From: Phoronis australis
Lineage: Eukaryota; Animalia; Phoronida
Reading direction: 5' to 3'
NCBI GenBank assembly: GCA_002633005.1
Contig: NMRA01000148.1
Span: 248,001-312,000, forward strand
Length of the DNA: 64,000 nucleotides
Each line of letters begins with the position of its first letter. Position 1 is the first letter of the stretch. The notes below the pieces were generated by a model, which searched no databases, was not told where the DNA came from, and worked only from the letters and a program-made list of their open reading frames with translations. Positions 48,232-59,500 of this stretch are shown here, piece after piece. A program made the position numbers and the translations under genes.

Positions 48232-50418
48232 CTAATCAACTTGTACCATGTTACTTTTCCTCTGCATATCTACTACAGCGTCGTGTACCGATATGTACAC
48301 ATTTGCGTCAAACTTTGGTAAAAACTCGTTTCTTTCGAGACTCTTTAGGACTGACGGGCAAATATCGGCGAGAAACACTTTTTTGCCCACACTTTCGTAA
48401 CTTTGAACGACATCTTTTAAAATGTTTGCCCCCATGGTATCTATATACGACACACCGGAACAGTCCAGCACAACACCAGTGGTATCACTGTCACGTGATA
48501 TCAAATTGTTATCCACATCCACACAACTGGGACTCGTTGACTGATGAGCATGAATGTCAGTGTTTCGCGATATGTCTGAATTTTGCTTCATGTCTGCCTC
48601 GTGTGTGTTCACAGAGGAAACCGGTATATCGTGTTTTAGATTTTCCACATTGTCGCAGTGCATCATTGAAGACATCTCATGCTCGTCATTGCTGGTCACA
48701 GAGACGATGATTTTGTCTTCTGGTTTTTGCTCTGAAACATCAGGATCCCCACATCGAGAGTATAAGAAATCCTTGAAAGACTCCGCATTAGTGAAGCAAA
48801 GCGGGGAATTGATGCGATACACCGCTACCCCTGTTGCTGTCAGACATTTCCGATAAGAACTCGATGGTGCATATAGTTCGCTTCCGACCGCGTGACCAAG
48901 GAACGTATGCGCAGCTATCTGAGTTCGCAAAACAACGGTAAGAAGAGAAAATGCGACCCCGACCGCTACACCGAGAATAAGGTCAAGAAACACCGTTGAC
49001 CAAAAAGTGACAAACCAAATGGACAAATCAATTTTATCTTTACGCCAATACCAGCGAATTTCTCGCATTTGAAGAAATAGGTTCTTAATGTTTAAAATAA
49101 TAAGTGCCCCCAAAGCGGACAATGGTAGAGAGGCGAATAACGGTCCAATGAAAAGAATGACAAACAGTAAAAGTATGGCGGAAAACAAATTAGCTAGTTG
49201 GGTTTTGCCACGCGTGTTTTCGAAAATCATACATCTTGGGGGAGCTGTGCATCCGGCGAAGCAACCAAAGAATGAACTAACTATGTGCGTGACACCATAT
49301 GCAAACATTTCTTGATTTGTGTCTATTTTGTAAGCATGCAGTCTTGCAAACAGCTTTGCCAAAGATATGGACAGTACTAAACTCACTATCGACGTAACAA
49401 AAGCGTCAATTATAATATTGCCTGTGCGGGAAACACGAGGCAGCGAAGGAGCCACGAAACCTGCAGGTACGTCGCCGATAATGTTAACAGCATAGTACCT
49501 ATTAAGCTCGCAGAAATGCGATATTATGGTTGAAACAACCACAACGACAAGTTCCGATGGAATCGGTACTTTAAGTTTTGACTTGAATTTCTCATTGATA
49601 GCGAAGGTGAGGAATAGCCAAATGGCAGCTGTAGCGGCAGAAATGATGACGTCAGCAACATTTGTGCTCGCTATGTTGCTGAATAGTTCTAAGTAAATAT
49701 AAATCATATTAAGGGGCCCAACGTGGCTGGAAACCGCGATTCCTAGAACTAGAGGGAACTGGCTGCAGAAAATCTGGAAGGCAGCACCTGTGGTAAGTCC
49801 TCCAACGAAAGCGTCTGACAGATAAACAGTTATGAAACCAAGTCTTAGTAAGCCCAATGAAACTTGGAAAATTCCAACAAGAAGAGTAACTGAGGTGGCA
49901 GTACTTATGGACAGTTCCGTGAATTCCGGTGAACTCGCAGCGGATGTGTAGTTGAATGGCAAGTCGTCCCTGAAACTATTGAGTTCCGACCTAACGACGT
50001 TTCCAATTAGGATAGCTATGAGTGCCATCGTTCCCATGGTGATGTGATGCGATGTGCCTAAAAGCATGTAAATTAGAACGGGAAAGAACGAGGAATATAG
50101 CCCATACACTGGTGGTACGCCAGCCAACAGCGAGAATCCCATTCCTTGAGGGATGTGAAGGATTCCGACGGACAAACCGGCTATGATGTCATTCAGTAGC
50201 CATGACCGCCACTTGTACCCTCTCAGGACGTTTATGATTGGAAATGTCCCCAGAAGTCTCGTCTTAAGACATGACGTCGTTGGTTTGCAATGCAGCTTCC
50301 AAATGGATTTCGCTCGGCTTCCACAGGAGGTTGATTTCGGTGCTTTGTAGCCGTACGTGTCCTGGAACAATTGCCGCGTGTAAATCGGTCTGTCTACAAC
50401 AATGTGGTCGCCCGCCAT
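48232..50418 (-). CDS. SLC26-family (prestin/pendrin-like) anion transporter with STAS domain, intronless CDS
   Basis: 728-aa ORF; DIIAGLSVGILHIPQGMGFSLLA, YGLYSSFFP, GTSHHI, NQE motif, STAS motif LDCSGVSYIDTMG. Probable 5'UTR acceptor gattacag| at 50474. Confidence 0.95.
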   Translation of the reverse strand: MAGDHIVVDRPIYTRQLFQDTYGYKAPKSTSCGSRAKSIWKLHCKPTTSCLKTRLLGTFPIINVLRGYKWRSWLLNDIIAGLSVGILHIPQGMGFSLLAGVPPVYGLYSSFFPVLIYMLLGTSHHITMGTMALIAILIGNVVRSELNSFRDDLPFNYTSAASSPEFTELSISTATSVTLLVGIFQVSLGLLRLGFITVYLSDAFVGGLTTGAAFQIFCSQFPLVLGIAVSSHVGPLNMIYIYLELFSNIASTNVADVIISAATAAIWLFLTFAINEKFKSKLKVPIPSELVVVVVSTIISHFCELNRYYAVNIIGDVPAGFVAPSLPRVSRTGNIIIDAFVTSIVSLVLSISLAKLFARLHAYKIDTNQEMFAYGVTHIVSSFFGCFAGCTAPPRCMIFENTRGKTQLANLFSAILLLFVILFIGPLFASLPLSALGALIILNIKNLFLQMREIRWYWRKDKIDLSIWFVTFWSTVFLDLILGVAVGVAFSLLTVVLRTQIAAHTFLGHAVGSELYAPSSSYRKCLTATGVAVYRINSPLCFTNAESFKDFLYSRCGDPDVSEQKPEDKIIVSVTSNDEHEMSSMMHCDNVENLKHDIPVSSVNTHEADMKQNSDISRNTDIHAHQSTSPSCVDVDNNLISRDSDTTGVVLDCSGVSYIDTMGANILKDVVQSYESVGKKVFLADICPSVLKSLERNEFLPKFDANVYISVHDAVVDMQRKSNMVQVD

Positions 50419-50609
50419 GAGTTGCCTCGATTCTTGGAGCTTAGGCCGGTGAATCTGGTAACATTCCTAATGCCTGTAATCATAATATCAACTAAATAAT
50501 GGTGTATCTTTTTATAAATAATTTCCACTGACGAAAATTCATCTTGAAAGCACTGTAGTTTTCACGAATTACATAGGCTTTATTTACCAGTTTGAAAAAA
50601 ACTCTGATG

Positions 50610-50686
50610 CTCCTCCCCCTCCCCCTCTCCCTCCCCTTCCCCCTCTCCCTCTCCCTCCCCCTCCCCCTCACCCTCTCACCCCTCCG
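50610..50686 (-). repeat. C/T-rich tract (G-rich on the SLC26 sense strand; G-quadruplex potential)
   Basis: ctccccctccccctctccctccccttcc...; more than 8 C-runs of 3 or more. Confidence 0.7.
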
Positions 50687-51410
50687 TCTCCGAGGAACAA
50701 TTTGAGACTATATGAAAATACTTGAGAAGTTCCTAATTCTCTGAGGAATAATTTGAGCATTTCGATGGCCTCAAAATAATTAGTGGCATCCGGAACACCT
50801 ATTTTTGTAGCCTCAACTTATTCCTCAGGGGTGTTTCATATCTGCGCTAGTGTGAACTTTCATTCAGAACAGAAAGTCGTAACACTGTCAAAATGGATCA
50901 TGCCGGCGAATGTGCCGGCAACCTCCCCCCCCCTCTCCTGTGATAACAGGCTAAATGATGAAATAACATTACATCTGGAGGCAGGCTACGGATTGAGAAT
51001 GACGTCGCGCACGTCTTTTGAAACTTGCTTGGAGGATGGTCATTATTTTAACCGTATTTTGACAAACCCCTTGTTGTTCTTTGAAGTTCACTCATGCGCG
51101 CGAATATGAAACACTTCCGAGGGTGTTCGGAACACCTCGTACACCTAAAATTATCCCTCGGTGGAGTTTTGTATTCGCACATGTGCGAACTTCAATCCTT
51201 ATTGCAAAGGGACTTGGTTCAGAGACAGGTAAAATCACGGCTTCATACAGGCTAGCTGGTCTCAAAAGTGATACGCGACGCGGGTCATTCTTAACCTTTA
51301 GTCTAGTACCTTCTGGTAGATACCCTCGTTTGAGCCGGCTGCCGATAATAAGTAGGGTTATCCCGGCAAATTTGACGGTAATTTCTATTTTGAGATTCGC
51401 GTCACTTGCT

Positions 51411-52200
51411 TACACTCTTTCACAGTGCAACGAAAGGTAGCACTGTGGAATGTTGTTTAACATAGCTTCTCATTGGTTAAAGGAGTGAAACCGACGTCAT
51501 AACATTCAGTCATTCCCATTGGTTGAAATCTGGGAAGCCCCTTTCAGTTTACTGTTACGTAGTATGGCGACCATCTTTGTCTTGAATAGTTGTAATTTAT
51601 TAAAACGGACAGTGATCGAAGTTAACAAAATCAACTAAACCCCGATCCAGTGGCTTAAGCCCAAACAAACAAGTTCAGTGCATAGAAGGCGTGTGCAAGT
51701 GTTGGTGATGTGATCGGTAAACTTCCTACCAAGCATGCGCATTGATGCCCACACACGGAATCCCGTGTGTCGTTCATCATGTTTCCACATAATCTTTGAC
51801 ACAGCGCCAGCTATACTGAAAAGTGGCCCTGTCGAAACATGATGAACGACACACGGAATTCCGTGCGTGGGCATCAATGCGCATGCTCGGTCGGAAGTTT
51901 ATCGATCACATCGCCACCACTTGCTATCGCTTTCAATGGTACTGTACTTGTTTGGGCTTGAGCCACGACCCGGGGTTCTCTTGATTTTGTTTACTTCGAT
52001 CACTGCCCGTTTTGATAACTATTCAAGTCAAAAGTAGTCGCCAAAATATTACATAGGCCTAACATTTAACTGAAAGGGTTTCCCAGATTTCAACCAATGC
52101 CGGGAATGACTCAATGTTGGTTTCATTACTTTAACCAATGAGAAGTCACGATCATAAACATTACACAGTGCAACCTTTCGAAGCACTGTGAAAGAGTGTA
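51411..52200. repeat. Long imperfect palindrome (arms 51411..51789 and 51830..52200)
   Basis: tacactctttcacagtgc...cgttcatcatgtttccaca mirrored by tgtcgaaacatgatgaacg...gcactgtgaaagagtgta. Confidence 0.88.
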
Positions 52201-52661
52201 GTTTCCACAGGGCCACTTTTCAGTATAGGTGGCGCAGTGTCAGAGGGTCGTCACTTCCTGTAATGACTTTTAAGTCATTACAGGAAGTGACGCAATTGCG
52301 CATAAGTTGAGACAACGAAAACAACCCGATGTGTTCCGGATGCTCTGGAGAATAATTTGAGGAGCCGAAAATACCCGAGGTGTCCCAGATACCTTAAATT
52401 ACCGTGTGACTGGGAGAGAGAGTAGAGTAGATGAGGGCGAAGCTCCTGGACAACTTCGCAAGATCTGTGACTGAAGTCGATCTGTGCGTGAACAGACAAA
52501 GGCGTTACCGATGACGGGAAATCTGAGGCCACGCAAATACCCGAGGTGTTCCGGGTGGCCCCTCGGATATGTTTCATATCTCCTCATATGCGAACTTCAA
52601 CTATAACAGCAAAGAGATATTTGGTGCAGAGGCGGATATAATCATGGCTTCAGCCTACCAG

Positions 52662-52910
52662 GGGCCCGTTCCAACAAAACTGACTCAGCTAAGACAAATC
52701 TTGAAGTTTAGTAAATTTTAAAATAAAAGTTAAATTTGTCTTAAAACCAATTCAAGAAAGAGATCTTAGGTTTGACTTAAGTGTTTGACATAAATTTTGT
52801 CTTAATTTTGACTAACTTGCCGAATGTGGAAGTTTCAAAGTTCGAAAGTTAAGACAAAATCTTAAACTTAAGTCAAAAATGAACTTAAATCAGTTTCTTG
52901 GAACAGGCCC
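52662..52910. mobile_element. PIF/Harbinger-type MITE with CAG target-site duplication
   Basis: TIR gggcccgttccaacaaaactga / tcagtttcttggaacaggccc; CAG at 52659-61 and 52911-13; a paralogous empty site is visible at 51251-51267. Confidence 0.82.
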
Positions 52911-53119
52911 CAGGTCTCAAAATTCGTACACGTGACGTCATTCCGAGTTCTTAATCTGCCTCTAACTCTTAATTTTAACCTGTTACTATCCCGACCCGTT
53001 CGACGGCAATCTCTATACTTTCAGATACGAAACTTACATGAAACGCCTCCGAGGGATAATCTAAAACTACGAACATAACCTAGGTGTTCCGGATAATCGA
53101 GGCATGCGATACGTTCCAC

Positions 53120-53481
53120 TAAAAGGATACTAAACCGTGTCTTTATGATTTCCGACAACCATTCCTCGTTCTGTCATATGCTAATGCATCATTGGCGTCA
53201 ATCTTCAACGATAAAATCAGAAATACGCTGAAGACTCATACTCCCTATGTCACAGACTCTGGATATTATGGTTCCAAGTTCCTATCCCCACACTTGTGTA
53301 ATTCGCTAACGTAGGCCACCCCAGCCCGTTTAGTAGACTTTTGAAAGGAGTTTTCAAATTTTCATCCAAACCTTTGAGGTTTGTCGCTGGTTACTGAGCC
53401 GCATTATTTCGTTTCAGATGATCGGGAACGTCGTTTTCAAGATCTGTTGATAAGCCAAAACCGGGTTTGGTGTCCTTTTAA
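53120..53481 (+). mobile_element. Kolobok-like MITE, copy 2
   Basis: taaaaggatactaaacc... / ...gggtttggtgtccttttaa; colinear with 47035..47388. Confidence 0.68.
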
Positions 53482-53536
53482 AGCTGACGTAGTTGCTGAG
53501 TCAGTCTCTCAGAACTAGATCATGTAACAACATCAT

Positions 53537-53590
53537 CCGCGGCCATTGCGCCAGGCTAGTTAACCGCGGCCATTGCGCCAGGCTAGTTAA
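53537..53590. repeat. 27-bp perfect tandem duplication
   Basis: ccgcggccattgcgccaggctagttaa x2. Confidence 0.85.
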
Positions 53591-56288
53591 AGGGAGATCC
53601 TAGATTCGATTCGACAGGTGAGTTTTGTTCAAGATGGCAAATAGCCTAAAGGCCATGTAATTAGGCGACAAACTGCAGTGATTTATTCAGAATGAATTTT
53701 CGCCATTGAACTTTTTCGCACGATATGGTCAAATTTTATAGCGCACTATAAATGTGGAGAGGAGATTAGGGCGAAATGGCACAAAAATTATACTGTTTCT
53801 GTCATAATCCTATTCTTTTTCTGCCATTTCTTTGGCATACGCAGACGGCCGATAGTTAATCGTTGCTTTCATTAAGTATAGCAGTCACAATTTAAAAATG
53901 CTGAAAATTCTACTATAACCCAAGCTGACGGGACAAAGAGAAACCTTTCATGGCCGGCAAAGTGAATGGACACTAGTGCATATTAAACGTAACCATGATC
54001 ATAACGTGAAGTAGAAATACTGCTGTACGAACTCCAGTTCCTACCAGAAGGAAAAAATCCGACGAATGGTTGCTGACTTCATACTTACGAACCATTTTTA
54101 ATAAAATGCAGCGATTCGTAACTCAGACCGGCGTTCGTTAATTAATTGAAAACTATGATGACATACGGCCAAATTTTGACCAATCGTTCGTATAGATTTC
54201 CCAAATATCTGGCTTCCACTAAAATATTTATGGTACGTTGTCAGCTGAGACAGCAAGCCACTCTGAGTCTGAACCAATCGTATCGTCGCATAGGTAACTT
54301 GACGACCTACTTTCAACTTTAGAATCAGCTACAAAAACAGAATATGTATTGCATCCAGCGTTAGCCGTTCCCATGGAAATTTTGTTGGCAGTGTCATCGA
54401 CACACACGCTAATGCACTAGTTGCAATGGTCAAATGATATCCCGCTTTCGTACAACTCTAAGATAACCAGAACTTGCATGTACTATGTTGTAATTCTCTA
54501 TTTACCTGAGAAACCGAACAGGGTGCACCGTCGTTCTAATAATGAGCTTGACCGGGAAGCGTTTGGTGCGGAGAGTACGGCTACATCATGCCAGTTAGGC
54601 GAGATAACACGAAACAAAACCACTTTCCGTTGTGTATTCCAATGACGTTTTGTGAGCAAACAGAGGCCCGTAGACATGTATGTTATCAATCAACCCATCT
54701 AACGAGCAGCTGGGGGCTATTCACCGACTAGTTTTTTATAATTGGTTTAAAAATCAAGTTGAAAACAATCTCTGAAACTTTCCACTCACATCATCATGAA
54801 CAGGTCAGTCACCCTCAGTCACAGGGTTCATTCCAGGGGTCATTTCTCGTTGCGTTATTTATATCAATTTCCTCGCGAAATTCTGCCATCAATACAGCAA
54901 CAGTAACGGACTTCACTGCACCTTTCGCTTTCATCTACGCATGAATGAAAGTGCCACATTGTCGTATTTAAGTGCGGACGTGTCTAGGCCTACAAGTCTA
55001 AAAAATCAATCCCTTCTTAGACTCCGTGACCTACCAGCCTTGGTCACGCTTATATGGAATCCCAAGTCTGTCAGTTGTTAACATATATACGGGTTATATA
55101 TACGTTAGCATGTAAATCTGGACCTGCATAGATTGGTTAACACATTAACCTGCTCTGAAGATGTGCTTAGACTGTCGCTTTTCTGTCAGTAAGTAGAATT
55201 ACGGTACTTTGCACTGCTCCGGTTCTAAACTTTATCAGACTGAAGTTGTGTTTTGTTTTACAAGCTGTCATTCGATGTTATTGATACATATTAGTCAGCC
55301 AAAGTCAGCCACTAAATTCAAAAGCGGCCAAATCAACAACGACAGTAAACCAACTTCAACCCAAGTAATAGCAAATAATTACTTTACGCCTCCAACAAGA
55401 ATTAACTTACGCACGTAATTTACGTACGTAATGTTCACCTATTTGCCCATATTAGTGCCAGAGACGGGTCTAAAATTGCTTAGCCACAATCGGTGCAGCG
55501 ATTCAAATCCAACGAGTAAAGTTCAGTAGTGAATTATATAATCTAGTCATTTTAATTTGTTGAGAATCTTGGTAGTAATATACTGACTGTGGTCCATGAG
55601 TAAGTCATGACGTTGGAACCAGAACTCCAGTTACTCTTTTATCTGTTTTCTGTGGTGTTCACTGCAAGAAGTGACTGAGATTAAGTCTTGAAGTCGACGA
55701 AATTTAACGCCGTTTGGTAGAGTAACTGTTATCAAAACCTTAGCTATTTCTAAACTTTATTTTTATTGTCAAGTTTACCAAATCTACCAGTAGAGGTCTT
55801 GTCTTTGGTGAATTGTATACGACATTCTTTAGATTTATATGGTAGGCTAGTAATGATAAAATAAAACGAACTACGGCTTGTTCAGGACTATATCAAGGGT
55901 GACTTCAAACTTCATACTTTCAGCAAAGCTTCAAAACTCACCATGGCCCGTAGATATCTTGAAAGCCCAGCGTATAAAAGTGGTCAGTTATTATATTCAC
56001 TCTACCCGTTTTTAAAGAATTTTGTTTCATCTGAAGAAGACTTTATTGGTAATTCGATTGGCGCGACGTATTTGGAAGTATGACAACTTTCTATGAGAAA
56101 ATAGTCGTTGCTAATAAAGAAGACTTTTTGAAACAAAAGACCTTTGTGGTTTAATAGTAACTTGGGGGTCGGAGACAAAAGTGTCTTTTATAAGTTTTGG
56201 TTTGTTTATTTCAGTTGCGTTCGCAAGTTATTGCTGTCTCCAATCACTCCAGCATCAGTTGACAAAGCAAGCCGAGATCCCACTGTAC

Positions 56289-56538
56289 GCGCACCCAGGA
56301 GGGCTCGGGGGCTCGATCGAGCCCCCTCCCCATTTGGCGAAGTGCGCAAAAAGGTTCAACTCAGAGAAACAAAAACTCCGAAAAAAGTAGAAAACGAGAC
56401 AAAAGTCCAATAAAAAGGCAGGTACAACCAAAATTCGGCGAATACACAATTAAGAGCTCTGAACTTATCCCGTGAATCTTAGTAAAAGGTCTACGTTCTC
56501 AAAAATTCGAGCTCCCACTTTTTAGGCTGGGTGCGCGC
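56289..56538. mobile_element. Small MITE with GC-rich TIRs
   Basis: cgcgcacccag... / ...ctgggtgcgcg. Confidence 0.55.
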
Positions 56539-59500
56539 AATAAAAGCTTAAAACTCAGTTCATGAATTACATCTGAAAGTTTCTGTGTCCAGACGAGCCG
56601 GCCATTACTGGTTCCTAGGTCCAGACAACCCAACAACATTCACATCACTGGTGATGTAAATATGCAATTATCAAGTTCTATTTATCAGAGATATTTACAC
56701 CTCTGATGGCGATTTCGTTAATTTAGACCATATGATAAATGATTTCGATGTCAAAACCAACTTTGTAGAACATAATGGTGTTGTTTCTGTTCTACGAAGA
56801 TTTCAAAAAAGTCTATTTTAAAGCAAACTTAGAAGAGTTCATATCTATTCTCCTTGCATGCCTTTAGCAATTACTCACTTGCAGAATGATGTGAAGGGTT
56901 GTAGACATAATTGTTCAATCTTTAAAGACATCAAGAAATCAATGTTGAAATTATTTATTAAAATCATTAAGCTTGCCACTGTACTCCACTCTTGTTTAAT
57001 TTAGTGAAAAATAGATTTTCTGAATATTTCTGTAATTAAAACTTAAGTTCTGAAAACTTTTAAGTTTTTGAAAAACTAAAGTTTTCAGAACTTGCTTTTA
57101 TTAAAAAAAATGTTCCAAAATACTTAATAAGTTTTTGCCAAAAACTTATTTTTTCGGTGAAAACTCTAGTACATGGGCAGGTATCGTCTCTGGGATCATT
57201 CCTCATTACATTACTTATGCCAACTCCCACCGACATCATGCCGGAAGTCAGCAACAATAACGGACTCCACTGCTTCTGTCAGTTTCTGAATAATATTCAC
57301 GCATAAATGAAAGGGTCAAGTTACCATATTTTAAATACTGTTAAAACAGTACAGACATGTCCAATTCTAATGAATAAACCCTGGACTCCGTGATCGTGAC
57401 CTTGGTCGCGCATCGCCCTGACGCGAACATTCATCTTCGCAGCAAATTAACCCGTAACGAACTGTTTAGCGCATTTATGAGTGAAGCCTGCATGCGTTAA
57501 CGAGAAAAAACACGTACCCTTAACAACTGACAGGCTTGGAATTCTATAAAATCATGCAATAATAGGCGAGTAAAAGGCTATAGTGTTTCGGGAGTATGAT
57601 CCGGACTTAAACAGCGAAAGTGATTGGTAGATGAGATTAGAGCGTTGAATGATGGGATAGAAACCATCGTTTCCGTTCCACACGCGAACATTTCTCGACG
57701 CAAGCGCGTCGCGAGTGCCTTGGGTCTACGGAACGAAGTCAATTGTTGTATCCGGTGACGAACTACGCCAGAGGAAAACGAGGCTGCGAGTCGTGGCAAC
57801 GGGGGTCACGGAGCGGTTTCGGGTGCTACCAAATCGAAATTGTCTCGAATAAGAGTTTTCGTGGTTTGCCGTATAGACAGTATCGGGCAGCGTGGGTCTG
57901 GGTTTTAGTAAATTTTCGGGCGCATGCACCCCTCTAGTCTAATTAAAGCCATCCATTATGCGCGGTGGCCCCAGAAACAGCTGCACTGCACTCCATATGG
58001 CCAAGTGCCATCACACTGACAGCAAGCAAAGTACGTTCGGGTCAGTCATGGAAGGTTGAAATATCCTGGTTGTAACTCGTTACAGACCCCAGGGGTGAGA
58101 CACCTGGGTAGAACACAGAAGGGAAAACCGTGGTCATTTGCAGATCCTCCGAGTCGGTAGAGTGATATTTATAAGCCAGGGGGAGATGTGATTGCCTTGA
58201 GGTTAGCTAGTGAAGTACACAAGGACTATACACCAACCTAAGTACGTACAGTATCCATACATTTTAACGGCTACTAACTGTTGGAACAGACGTGGACCCA
58301 TGCTTCTTTCTAAACTCATCTACTCACATGCAGAAAGCCCGTCCGATAAAGTCAGTGCCAGTAGACGGTGGCCTGACCAACTTGTTCAGTAGTCTCCTTG
58401 TGACCGTCGCTTCAGTAGTATACTTACCTAAATAAATATTTCCAAGGCTGTCTCAACAAACTTGAAACCGAATAGAGGCAATGTCGTAGGTCAGAAGGGC
58501 CAAATAGGATGCTTACATGTGGATACCGACGAGGGCCAGTACAGGCGCAAGGTTCACACATAGATTAAATACTTTATCTATGTTTAATCTAGTATTTAAT
58601 CGATGCTTCACATCTGAGTAACAGAAAACGCTATAATACGTTTTCAGTGACATTGACTGTGACTGTGACTCGCATGCATCATACCAACCACAACGTCACA
58701 ACGCAACACATGTGAAACGCTAGACCTCGACAAGGTCAAACGGAGAACACGACGTAAAGGAGTGAACGAAGTCGAATACAGGTTTATTCAATAATCATAA
58801 TCATAACGGACTTATTCTATTCACTGCTTGCACACTTTTGTTGGTGGCGGCGCTGCAAAATGTATTGTTGGGCATTGTTGTTCTAAGGCACACGGCTCCG
58901 TCTTAGCATCAATTTAAACAACGCAAACGTGAAAGCGCGCCTGTTCCAAACACGCAGAACTAATAGTTTAGACACAACGCCACGTTTACAAGCATAATCA
59001 TGGCGAATTCGTACAGTCAAGTTTATGTTCAATCATCACCATTCACCCTAGTCAGTTGTATGTGTGACGGGAGCGCCGTCTATTGATGGAGTCGTGAGTT
59101 AAGTCAAGTCGTCAGTCAAGACTATGTTCAATTCCAGAAGTTAGTGTTCAATGTTAAAGGGGTGTCAATTGGTGGATCCCCTTATTTGGTACTTCCGATG
59201 ACGAAATTTTCATTTTACATTTTGATTGGTTTTTACTTTAACTTGAGACCACTATTTTAGCGTAATTTGGTACATTCGCGGTGCGATTTCGCCTATAAAA
59301 ATGGGCCCCAAACGCTCAAACTTCGGATTCTGCCGGGTCTCGATCCTATCCTATTCGAACTTTAACGTTTTTCAGCACATTTTTCTTGCTTATATATTCT
59401 CTGGGTTATTTGTCAAAGTAGACGACGGAAGCTAAAGATGAATTGTAAGTTCGTAGATTTGTATTTTATATTTAGCGCAAAATAAACTCAGTGTATTTGT

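Noticed and set aside
48303-49315. Plus-strand ORFs overlapping SLC26, and similar shadow ORFs over SARM1 exon 1 and CNG exon 1
   Set aside because: Antisense or alternate-frame by-products of real coding sequence.
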